A stretch of 50,620 nucleotides of DNA from Tortispora ganteri. Taxonomy: Eukaryota. The stretch covers positions 1-50,620 of the forward strand of contig PPNB01000040.1 of the NCBI GenBank assembly GCA_003707115.1. Direction: 5' to 3'. Under the pieces are notes generated by a model. It was not told the origin of the DNA. It ran no database searches and worked only from the letters and a program-made list of their open reading frames with translations. The translations under genes were made by a program, and so were the position numbers. Below are positions 29,642 to 38,294 of the stretch, piece by piece (position 1 is the first letter of the stretch; the number at the start of each line of letters is the position of its first letter).

Positions 29642-31354
29642 TCAGGCAGACTTTTCGTTTTGTGGTGTAGTCGACGGAGACGACATATCGCCCAGTTTTT
29701 CGCCCACTTTTATTTTTTGACCATTTTTCACACAGAAATTAAATGTTTTAGGGGCCTCGAATATAAGCACAATTGTTGATCCTAGATTGAAACCACCTAT
29801 TTGTGCTCCTCGCGTGCAAGGGTATCCACCAAGCATACGAGAAGCCGCTTTATATGAGGCTTCATACATCATGTTCTTTTTGCTTTTTCTAGGTTTACCT
29901 GTGGCAGGTTCCTGATTACTATGAACACGCTCATAGTATGTATTAGTGCGTAGGTCTTGATCAAAATTTATCTTAATAGACCCTACATTAGTTGCGCCCA
30001 CAGGAGTCATAGAGAAGAATCCATGTCTCCACCGTCCAAGCAGGGCTACGCGCTCATTTAAAGCAAGAAGTCCTTCAAGACGATCCTGTAGATATGGCGA
30101 CACAGAAAAGAGCTCGCCGGTGAAATGTCTGCGAGTAGTGACAACCCAATTGGCAGGTGAATGAAAGCGATGATAATCACCAGGAGCAAGGTAAATTACT
30201 GCAAAGAAAAGCTCTTTATCGGCAGAACTTACAGTATAGCCAGAGCTCATAGCTTTCGCGACAGTTGCAGAGGCAGAACTTGAAGGAGAAATGGCAGATT
30301 TTTCGCCTACTGTATCAACCTGGCTTTGCGTATCTTGCTTCTCGGTGGTGTTATCATTGCCAATGAGATCGTCCAACGTATAAGTGATTCCATTCAGGAT
30401 AGCAAAATTCTTGTCACGTTCTATTACATCGATATCGTTTGGATTGTGAGGAAACGATTTGATGGCACGACTAGGAGCCTTTACTGCGGGCCTGTAGTAC
30501 CTGTAACGGGATTTGGGTTTGTATGAGCTAGTGTCGCTTTCTGTGTCGGAGTAGTCCGAGTCACTGTCAGGACCTAAAAGAGCATCGACAGAGTAAGTCA
30601 TACCTTTTACTTGCTCGACCTGGCCGCCGTCTATAATACCGACATGTAGGATAGTGCCATCGGAGGGTGACACGATATCGGCATCATCTATAGGCCGAAG
30701 CTCTGGGCGGATTTCGCGATAGAAAAATTCGCCTAAGTTTTTATAATGAGTGAGATCAGGATCAGCCATTTCGTCGAGGTTGACACCAAACAGGTAACTG
30801 TAGAAGCGGAACATTGGTTCACGTAGCCACACAGGTAGTTCGATATCATTGCATTGGCCCCAGAGACGTGACATTGCGCGCAGAGGTAGCGTTTGGTAAA
30901 AAAAAAACTGCCAGGGGCCCACAGGTTTTATTTTGTGTTTGTTATGAGGGTCGTCTTCGGCGTACTGATGAGCGTCTCTGTGTCTGCCATGTCGTTTTAA
31001 ATGGGCGCGGCACATTGCAGCGCCAATGACCATGACAGCTATAGTAACTATGAGCCGCCAGTGGCCAGCACTTTTAGTGGCAGTGACAGCGGTAGATGCA
31101 GTAGAATAGGCTGCGCTGCGGGCATATTTAGCGTAGGCAGGTTTGAGGAACCTAGGCGCAGATTTCGGCAGAGTCGATATAGTAAGAGGTTTGGCCCTGT
31201 AGGCGACGACGGCCGCTGCACCTGCAGCTGCGGCACCGGCCGTGAAGCGTTTATGTGTAAGTGCATGTGGCCACTTAGAATAGCGGACTTTCGGGAAAGC
31301 TGAACGTGCACGGGGCAGAGGTGTTTGCCTGAAAATAGGTCTGCGAGGAGCCAT
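29642..31354 (-). CDS. PSD1: Mitochondrial phosphatidylserine decarboxylase proenzyme
   Basis: Arg-rich presequence, a TM segment, IYLAPGDYHRFHSP, PVGATNVGSI and the LGST autocleavage motif. Confidence 0.96.
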   Translation of the reverse strand: MAPRRPIFRQTPLPRARSAFPKVRYSKWPHALTHKRFTAGAAAAGAAAVVAYRAKPLTISTLPKSAPRFLKPAYAKYARSAAYSTASTAVTATKSAGHWRLIVTIAVMVIGAAMCRAHLKRHGRHRDAHQYAEDDPHNKHKIKPVGPWQFFFYQTLPLRAMSRLWGQCNDIELPVWLREPMFRFYSYLFGVNLDEMADPDLTHYKNLGEFFYREIRPELRPIDDADIVSPSDGTILHVGIIDGGQVEQVKGMTYSVDALLGPDSDSDYSDTESDTSSYKPKSRYRYYRPAVKAPSRAIKSFPHNPNDIDVIERDKNFAILNGITYTLDDLIGNDNTTEKQDTQSQVDTVGEKSAISPSSSASATVAKAMSSGYTVSSADKELFFAVIYLAPGDYHRFHSPANWVVTTRRHFTGELFSVSPYLQDRLEGLLALNERVALLGRWRHGFFSMTPVGATNVGSIKINFDQDLRTNTYYERVHSNQEPATGKPRKSKKNMMYEASYKAASRMLGGYPCTRGAQIGGFNLGSTIVLIFEAPKTFNFCVKNGQKIKVGEKLGDMSSPSTTPQNEKSA

Positions 31355-31655
31355 TGCTTAAGGAAAAAAGCAGAAGGATAGAAGTTTAACACAATAAGAG
31401 GATCGAAAAGCTCTCAAGACGAGTAATGAATATGAGCGCAGTTCAAAACGCTAGTGAACTGGTATAATATGATAATGGAAAAAGAAGGACTGGCGGTAGT
31501 GGAATTATTCTGTAAAAGGTAAGTGGAGCATATAAAGTCAGAAATTAGAAGGTTGAAGGACAAGTTGAGCGGTGTTGAAGTGGGAATGTGAATTATGATT
31601 GGATGAGAAGATTTTGACCAATTAGAGATCATAGACTCCCAGGATCCCATTAACG

Positions 31656-31666
31656 ACGCGTCGCGA
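31656..31666. promoter_or_regulatory. MCB element upstream of UNG1
   Basis: ACGCGTCGCGA about 30 nt upstream of the UNG1 ATG. Confidence 0.6.
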
Positions 31667-31694
31667 GAATGAGCCTTTTGAAAGAACTAGTCGT

Positions 31695-32594
31695 ATGATG
31701 AATTTGACAGGTGTTAAGCGTAAAAGTGCGACTGCTCCTGTAATAACAGGGTTTCTTGTGAAACGGAAATGCTCAAATACTCTACCTTCTGTGACGGCAA
31801 GTAAACCACTGTCTTCATGGAACAAAGACGAATGGATTGCTTCTTTGAACGATGAACAGCGCGATCTATTGAAATTGGAAATAGACACTATTGATGATTC
31901 ATGGATACCATATCTTGCCCCTGAGTTAACGAAATCGTATTTTTTAGAACTGAAAAGGTTTTTAGCGGCAGAAAAGACGGCTAAAAAAACCATTTTCCCA
32001 CCTGAATCAGACATATACTCTTGGAGCAAACTCACACCGTTGAATAAGGTCAGAGTAGTAATACTTGGACAAGACCCATACCATAATGTCGGACAGGCAC
32101 ATGGTCTAGCATTTTCAGTAAAACCACCAACACCTGTTCCTCCATCTCTCAGGAACATGATGAAGACAATATCCATCGATTACCCTGAGATTAAGTTTGA
32201 TCTACAAAAGCCTGATTCAGGATCACTTCTGAAATGGGCTGCTCAGGGAGTACTAATGCTCAACACTTCCTTGACTGTTCGCGCACATGAAGCAAACTCT
32301 CATGCTAAACGTGGATGGGAACAATTCACAGAAGCTGTGTTGACAGTAGTAGGCCAACACTGCGACAGTGTTTGTTTCATGGCATGGGGTTCTCCAGCGG
32401 GCAAAAGGATGGACGCAATCCAGCCGCGATTTGGAAATACAAAGAATCATCTTATATTAAAAGCTGTGCATCCGAGTCCATTGTCGGCATCACGGGGGTT
32501 CTTTGAATGCGGTCATTTTCGAAAGTGTAACGACTATCTTTCAAAAATGCATGGAGAAAACGCTGCTATAGATTGGCGTCTACTGTCGCCATAG
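31695..32594 (+). CDS. UNG1: Uracil-DNA glycosylase (family 1)
   Basis: GQDPYH, PPSLRN, GVLMLNTSLTV, HPSPLS and a PIP-like ITGFL near the N-terminus. Confidence 0.97.
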   Translation: MMNLTGVKRKSATAPVITGFLVKRKCSNTLPSVTASKPLSSWNKDEWIASLNDEQRDLLKLEIDTIDDSWIPYLAPELTKSYFLELKRFLAAEKTAKKTIFPPESDIYSWSKLTPLNKVRVVILGQDPYHNVGQAHGLAFSVKPPTPVPPSLRNMMKTISIDYPEIKFDLQKPDSGSLLKWAAQGVLMLNTSLTVRAHEANSHAKRGWEQFTEAVLTVVGQHCDSVCFMAWGSPAGKRMDAIQPRFGNTKNHLILKAVHPSPLSASRGFFECGHFRKCNDYLSKMHGENAAIDWRLLSP

Positions 32595-32634
32595 AAGTTT
32601 TCTACCAAGAACATATTATATTCTATTATTTATG

Positions 32635-33951
32635 CTAATGCTGATTGTCTTCCTCACTGCTCTCTTTGTTCAGCACGAAAAAAGAAAGACAGATCAGAAC
32701 TGCGCCAACGTAATACATTGGACTTCCAAAATGCCGCTTAATTATCATGTCGCCAAGAGACCCTAACGGAATTGTCATTGTGAGCCCCACAGTGACAATC
32801 AATGGAGTGGTCATGAGCATCGCTACGACCCACAAATAGTCCGAGACTACAGTGACAATGATATTGCCAAAAAATAGCCAAAACGAGCGCGCATCTGGTG
32901 GCAGCTCAAGTGTTTCCATTCCGGAGAAGTGCAGAACTAGCAAGAAAGGCCACAATAGGATGGCATTGCAGAGACCTACACAGCCGAAAAACAGCTGCAT
33001 TTGCATTCTAGAATCATCACCTACCTTATACTTCAACAAAGTAGTGTATATGCCGTAAAACATCGCACTCGCGAGCTCTAGGATGTCTCCTAGAAGCACC
33101 GTACCACTGAACAGACTAGCTGTAATGCCTACAGCATTTGGACCGTAACTGGTATCGAAATTTGATATTAGCACGACACCGAACAGAGACAGCAGAACCG
33201 CAAAAAACTTTATACGCGACAGCCGCTCGATCCCAGCGACAATTCCAATCACCAGAGTCCAGGCGCTAGACGTGCAGGACAAAACAGTGGCGCTGCCGAC
33301 GGAAGTGAAGATTAGCCCTGAATTAGAAAACCAATTGGCTAGGAACCATAATACACAGAATTGGAGACTGAGAAACGCAGTTTCGCGTACACTGAACGGT
33401 TCAATAACTGCAGCGGTGTCTTCCTCTTCCCAGTCGGACAGTGTTGTTTCAGTGGAGACTGTCTTGATAGGGCCGGGAGATTCTTGTGCTATGGTTCTGC
33501 GAATAACAGCAGGCTGTTCTTGTTCTACATCCGAGCTGTTTGTAGTGGAATATGAGACAGCTGTGCTTTTTTGTACAATCGTATCTGTAGAGAGCGCTCT
33601 TTTGAGTCTTCTAAGCGGGGCACCGATCGATGTCGATAGGCGGCGAATCATGGAGTGGTCATGAGTAGTGTCTTCGCGTGCTTTGACACCTAAATAGTAG
33701 GGAATCAGGTATACCGAGAACGCGGTTGAGTTTATGTATGTCATTAGATATGGTTTTCTGTATTTATCTGACTCGAATAGGGAGTTGACGAGGAATCCAG
33801 AGGCGACCCACAAGACGACTACGATTCCTAGCAGAATGATACCTACACGCCATTTGGCGTTAGCAGTATTTGGCGCGGTGGCCAGCAGCGGATCGCCTTC
33901 AGATACAAACACCTCATTGGCTCCCCCTTGCACAGGTATAGGAGGTTCCAT
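32635..33951 (-). CDS. SLC35F/EamA-type membrane transporter (Thi74/YML018C family)
   Basis: About 10 hydrophobic segments, with VVVLWVASGFL, KPYLMTYIN, FCVLWFLANW and TTPLIVTVGLTMTIPL. Confidence 0.85.
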   Translation of the reverse strand: MEPPIPVQGGANEVFVSEGDPLLATAPNTANAKWRVGIILLGIVVVLWVASGFLVNSLFESDKYRKPYLMTYINSTAFSVYLIPYYLGVKAREDTTHDHSMIRRLSTSIGAPLRRLKRALSTDTIVQKSTAVSYSTTNSSDVEQEQPAVIRRTIAQESPGPIKTVSTETTLSDWEEEDTAAVIEPFSVRETAFLSLQFCVLWFLANWFSNSGLIFTSVGSATVLSCTSSAWTLVIGIVAGIERLSRIKFFAVLLSLFGVVLISNFDTSYGPNAVGITASLFSGTVLLGDILELASAMFYGIYTTLLKYKVGDDSRMQMQLFFGCVGLCNAILLWPFLLVLHFSGMETLELPPDARSFWLFFGNIIVTVVSDYLWVVAMLMTTPLIVTVGLTMTIPLGSLGDMIIKRHFGSPMYYVGAVLICLSFFVLNKESSEEDNQH

Positions 33952-34285
33952 TCAACTACAGAGAATTGCTGTTCTGCTAGTAGGTCATAGTCTGAATCAA
34001 GTTAGGACAGGGGTCTTGTGCTCATATATACTTGCGACCGATAAGCGCCAGAGCCAATTGCGGATGTCTATTAGCATATAAGGTTTTGACATGATAATCT
34101 GTACTCGCGTAATTGGATCGGCCAGGCAAGGTAGCGCTAGTTTACTTCGTTTGAGGAGCGATGCCGCAAAAATTAATTTAATACACTTACAGCTGAACAA
34201 TATAGGGCGGAAATTCCGGAGATATTGTGGTCTAAGCAGATATCGGCGGTAGAGCGGCGCAGCCATAGGCGGTACGCTGCTGGGA

Positions 34286-35311
34286 TTAGTTGCGATCGTT
34301 CAGTATATCTTGCGCTGCTTCGCTCAGCGGCGGAGGTCTGATAGGAAGTACGGGTATTTGCCATTGCTGTAATTTCTGTGCGCGAACTTCTAGAAACCGC
34401 TGCTGCAAGACTTGCAGCTTGGCGTAGAGTTTCTTTGCGAGTTTCTTATTCAACATGTACGATTCGTATAATGCATGGTTGAGGGATTTGACTATATATT
34501 CGGAAACGGCAGTGTATGTAGTATCGTAATAGCCATTTGTGGTATATTGTTGTAGAATTGTTTGTGTTATAAGTTGTTTTTCATAATTGCGTTCCCAGTC
34601 GTCCTGCATTTCGCAGAGTTCGGAATAGTGCGAATCTTGCAGTTCAGTGCGAGCGAGTGATAGACGAGCTGAATGTTTCACGAGCAAATGAGTCTTTGTA
34701 GGTCCGCGTTTGTACCGTCTGGAAAACATAATAAAAGGTATACCGTTAATTCTGTTCTGTAAGATGCCCATTTTCGGCATCAGACTTGTGCCTTTCAGCC
34801 AGGCGATCTTTTTAGATTTGAGGATTTTAGCATTTCTGATCTCTTCATATTGTGACGCTAAATCTTGTCTTTTAGTTATCGGTAGATCAGTTATAGATTT
34901 GACAGGATCAATAAGTTTGTGTTTAAGCAAATAACGGTACCTATTCTGAGCGTAAGAGTTCAATTTGGATGTTGATCTAGCGCGATCTTTTTCGTCTGGT
35001 GAAACTTTAGGAGCCAATCTTTTTCGCATATCCGGATATTTTTTGAGATGGAATTGTGAATCTTTTACGAATTGCACATACCTATGTGAAAGAATAGGTT
35101 CTATTGGACTGTTACTTGTCAGAAGCGATAGAAGATGCTGAGCAAGGACTAGCTGTTTGTATGCCTTTTTGGGTGACAGAGTGTTGCGATTATATCTAAA
35201 CCAATATTTTGCAGTGGCAGTGATCAGTTCATTGTTAGATAATCTCAATATTGAGCGGTAGATGTGTAGGATAGTGGTTCTGTGAGATGCACGATGTACT
35301 GGCGGCAACAT
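34286..35311 (-). CDS. RRG1: Mitochondrial LYR-motif protein, Rrg1-like
   Basis: N-terminal HRTTILHIYRSILR...YWFRYNR LYR-like motif in a basic 341-aa protein. First ATG at 35311. Ortholog call is tentative. Confidence 0.5.
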   Translation of the reverse strand: MLPPVHRASHRTTILHIYRSILRLSNNELITATAKYWFRYNRNTLSPKKAYKQLVLAQHLLSLLTSNSPIEPILSHRYVQFVKDSQFHLKKYPDMRKRLAPKVSPDEKDRARSTSKLNSYAQNRYRYLLKHKLIDPVKSITDLPITKRQDLASQYEEIRNAKILKSKKIAWLKGTSLMPKMGILQNRINGIPFIMFSRRYKRGPTKTHLLVKHSARLSLARTELQDSHYSELCEMQDDWERNYEKQLITQTILQQYTTNGYYDTTYTAVSEYIVKSLNHALYESYMLNKKLAKKLYAKLQVLQQRFLEVRAQKLQQWQIPVLPIRPPPLSEAAQDILNDRN

Positions 35312-35330
35312 GTCGAAATGAGGAAGAGGT

Positions 35331-35444
35331 AGAGAGAAAGAGAAAGACAAAGAGAAAAGAAAAAAGAAAAGGAAGAGAAAAGAAAAAAGAAAAGAAAAAA
35401 GAGAAAAGAGAAAAGAAAAAAGAAAAAAGAAAAAAGAAAAAGAG
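35331..35444. repeat. Polypurine (GA3-6)n low-complexity tract
   Basis: About 114 nt almost entirely A/G between the MMS2 3' end and the RRG1-like start. Confidence 0.9.
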
Positions 35445-35529
35445 ACTAAATACTAAATAATACATACAACTTTACAATATATTACTAACACATACAGTAA
35501 AAGAACATATAGAACATATCAAAACGTAA

Positions 35530-36007
35530 TCAGAACATAGAGCCTTCAGGAGGTTGCGTGAGTTTTCTATGCGAACTAGAACCCATATCTGATCTAAGTG
35601 ACAACAGTACTTTTTCGATATCGTAAGTATCCTTCCATTCAGCTAATGCGCGCAATTTTCGATGGTCCACAATACCCGTTTCAGCGTTGACACATGGTAA
35701 GTTAATTTTCGTATTAAACTGCACTTCTGGTGGTTGGTCCGGATAATTAGGACCACATTTCAAACGTAAACTATATATTCTATTTTCATATGCAGAATGA
35801 GGAGGACCTAGAATTGTAGCATTCCATTCAGACATAGTCATATCTTCAGGATCAGCTAACCCATATGAACATAAGTCAGATCCTACACCCTTCTCACCCT
35901 TCTCGAGTTCCTCTAGCAATCTGAAATTTCTTGGTCTATAAATAAATCATAGTTAATATTCTATATTCTTTAGTAGCATGTAATTCTACTTACAATTTCA
36001 CTGGCAT
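35530..36007 (-). CDS. MMS2: Ubiquitin-conjugating enzyme variant Mms2; two exons (36007-35994 and 35935-35530), 139 aa
   Basis: Splicing gives [21 protein letters not shown]. Also [20 protein letters not shown], no catalytic Cys, and a QPPEG terminus. Confidence 0.95.
35936..35993 (-). other. 58-nt spliceosomal intron of MMS2
   Basis: GTAAGT donor at 35993, TATTAAC branch-like sequence at 35958-35952, and TAG acceptor ending at 35936. Removal restores the conserved N-terminus in frame. Confidence 0.92.
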
Positions 36008-36470
36008 AATAGTTCGATGGATGGTAGGCGTAAAAGCCGAGACCCCAATTCGCAGAGCGGTTGGTCTCCCAACTTGATCTCACCCCTCCTTTACTACCAC
36101 CCACCAACCCGTTCCTTAGAACGAAAAGCTCTACAGTCCTCCCGTGTAGACTTGTATATCAAACTATTATATGCTCATAGCTATAAATTTGTGCATTAAT
36201 TACTACTACAACTACTGATACAGCATGTGAAAATATATATTCTTTGACCTCTTTGCACTCCACTCACCCTACTTCAATATCTCCTCTTGAGAATTGAACT
36301 CCTGCTTCACTCCTTCAACCATAAACCGCGATCCACAGTCATAGACTAATAAACTCACACTTAAAATTCAGTCGCATCCTTTCTTCGTCGAGTCTTAGAC
36401 ATTTGTGTTCGATTACCTGCAGTTTGTTGTCCGGCGTATCCCGTGTTACTGCGAACTTTGTCGCAGATTA

Positions 36471-36479
36471 ATCTGATAA
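36471..36479 (+). promoter_or_regulatory. Iron-responsive GATA repressor site (ATCWGATAA; Fep1/SreA/Sfu1-type)
   Basis: Exact ATCTGATAA about 250 nt upstream of the heme oxygenase ATG. TATAAAA lies at 36640-36646. Confidence 0.6.
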
Positions 36480-36726
36480 AACTCAACTCTAACCACAGTG
36501 CAGTGCTCTTATTGGTCAACCCCCGCCCATTTACACTTAGCCTTTAACTCCGATGACAATTCCTATTCGCCAGCTTCTCGTAACCCTGCTTCTCTCGGTC
36601 TCTTGCTTCGGTAAATAATTTGCATCTTGTCGTTTTCGGTATAAAACTTGAGTCTCGTCGTTTTAGACATCTTTTTGTGTCTTGCCTTTTCCCTCATTTT
36701 TTTCCTTGTCTTAACGCTTACAAACA

Positions 36727-37566
36727 ATGTCTACACGTTTGACACAAGAGGACATAATTCCGGCCAAGTCTGACGTGGGCGCGCTAGCGAACCGTATCAA
36801 TGCCGAAACGAAATCAGCCCACGATAAGATAAACGGTCTTATAGACATAAAAATGGCCTTTGTTATTCGCGAACCACGCGTATACCGTCAGGGAATCCAG
36901 GCATTCTACCACGTCTTTCGCACTTTCGAAGATTGCTGGCACGAAGAAATGAAAGCTGATACGAAAATAGGTCATATTCTCGATACTGTCTGGAGCGACG
37001 TTCTGGCGCGTACTGAACCGATCTCAAAGGATCTCATGTACTTTTATCAGGATTCTTCGAAGTTTGCTACGCCCAAGCACCCCGCACAGATCGAGTTTGT
37101 AGAACACATTCTACAAATCACAAAGGAGAAACCACATGTGCTTTTAGCATACGCCCATGTGCTTTATATGGCGCTCTTTGCTGGCGGAAGGATCATTCGC
37201 GCTACCCTTGAGCGATCTGGCTTATTCCCTAAAGAGCCGGGCGTATCGAAGGCAGAAGTAGCAAAAAGAGGCACAAACATGTTTATTTTCGATGTCGAAG
37301 ATCCAATGGCTTTCCGCGCGCAATGGAAACGCACATACGAGCTTGAAACGAGAAATGCACTCACAGAACAAGAAAAGCAGGATATCATTGACGAATCTAG
37401 TGAGATATTTTTGCGTTCGCATAAAATGCTAGCAGAATTAGTTCGCGTAAACTCACAAGCGTTGAAAAACAACATAAAAAACCTCCTCGTGCATATACTG
37501 AAGTACATACTGATTATTCTCTTTGTTATCTATGCACTCTACAAGGTATATTATACTACCTTCTAA
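36727..37566 (+). CDS. HMX1: Heme oxygenase
   Basis: DVGALANRINAETKSAHDKIN (proximal His), LLAYAHVLYMALFAGGRII and a C-terminal TM anchor. Confidence 0.95.
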   Translation: MSTRLTQEDIIPAKSDVGALANRINAETKSAHDKINGLIDIKMAFVIREPRVYRQGIQAFYHVFRTFEDCWHEEMKADTKIGHILDTVWSDVLARTEPISKDLMYFYQDSSKFATPKHPAQIEFVEHILQITKEKPHVLLAYAHVLYMALFAGGRIIRATLERSGLFPKEPGVSKAEVAKRGTNMFIFDVEDPMAFRAQWKRTYELETRNALTEQEKQDIIDESSEIFLRSHKMLAELVRVNSQALKNNIKNLLVHILKYILIILFVIYALYKVYYTTF

Positions 37567-38255
37567 ATGTGATATTTAAGTAAGTTGTTTCTTGATACAA
37601 CTATATTTAAATCCACATATTCGTTTTCGGTTATATCTCTACATCCAATATCAAACCAATACAATACCAAATCTTACGCATTGTAGGTACTGCGCCGCGT
37701 TTATATGAATTGTCAACCAAAAACGCTGTCACAATAACTAATATGATCCCGCCAGTATCGTTCCGAAGAGTAACGTTAAGATCGTGTGATCAAGCTTCAG
37801 GTTTATATCAAAGGTGTAGTCAATAGTGTATCTGTTCAGATAATTTTTCACGTTAATAAGAATATAAGCAATAACTTAGCTCTTCTGTACATTGTTTTTT
37901 TTTACCAGATTTACAATCTTTTAAAGGCATAAAACATCTTTATATCGTGACATATCTACATATGTCATGCAGAATACCTTCACAACCAATAATAAACTTC
38001 AAGTAGTTCTTACTATCATACACGCAGATAGAGTATATTCACGTAAATTGTTACAAAATTAGACCTCAAACTGTAAATACCTACAAAAGACAAAGAATAT
38101 AAGCCATCACTTGTTCTTTTCAGCAAATTTGTAGCATATAATTCAAGCCCGCGAAATTGCAATATTAGAGAGTACGGCTAATATAGTTCACAACACTTCA
38201 AGTAGTAATATAGTAATGTGGTTCAGGGTTCATAACTAACCACCACCCACTTCAT

Positions 38256-38263
38256 TTGTTTAC
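38256..38263 (-). promoter_or_regulatory. Forkhead site (GTAAACAA) upstream of ASE1
   Basis: TTGTTTAC at 38256-38263, with a second GTAAATA at 38073-38079. ASE1 is a forkhead-regulated G2/M gene in model yeasts. Confidence 0.45.
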
Positions 38264-38294
38264 TTTGATCTTACAATCGTCAACTTTGGCACTC

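Noticed and set aside
33970..34030. TPP-riboswitch-like words (TGAG..AGACCC..AACTTGAT) upstream of the Thi74-family gene
   Set aside because: No UGAGA, no convincing P5 stem and no GCG junction. An Infernal RF00059 search would settle it.
33997..34266. 89-aa ORF with a presequence-like start
   Set aside because: It begins about 20 nt after the upstream stop, has no recognisable family, and cannot splice in frame into the transporter because a TGA precedes that ATG.
36040..36069. GAGACC...GGTCTC hairpin upstream of MMS2
   Set aside because: A single bulged hairpin with no other support.
37807..37837. U2 snRNA-like words (GTGTAGT..TATCTGTTC)
   Set aside because: The match is interrupted, and the U2 5' stem and Sm site are absent.
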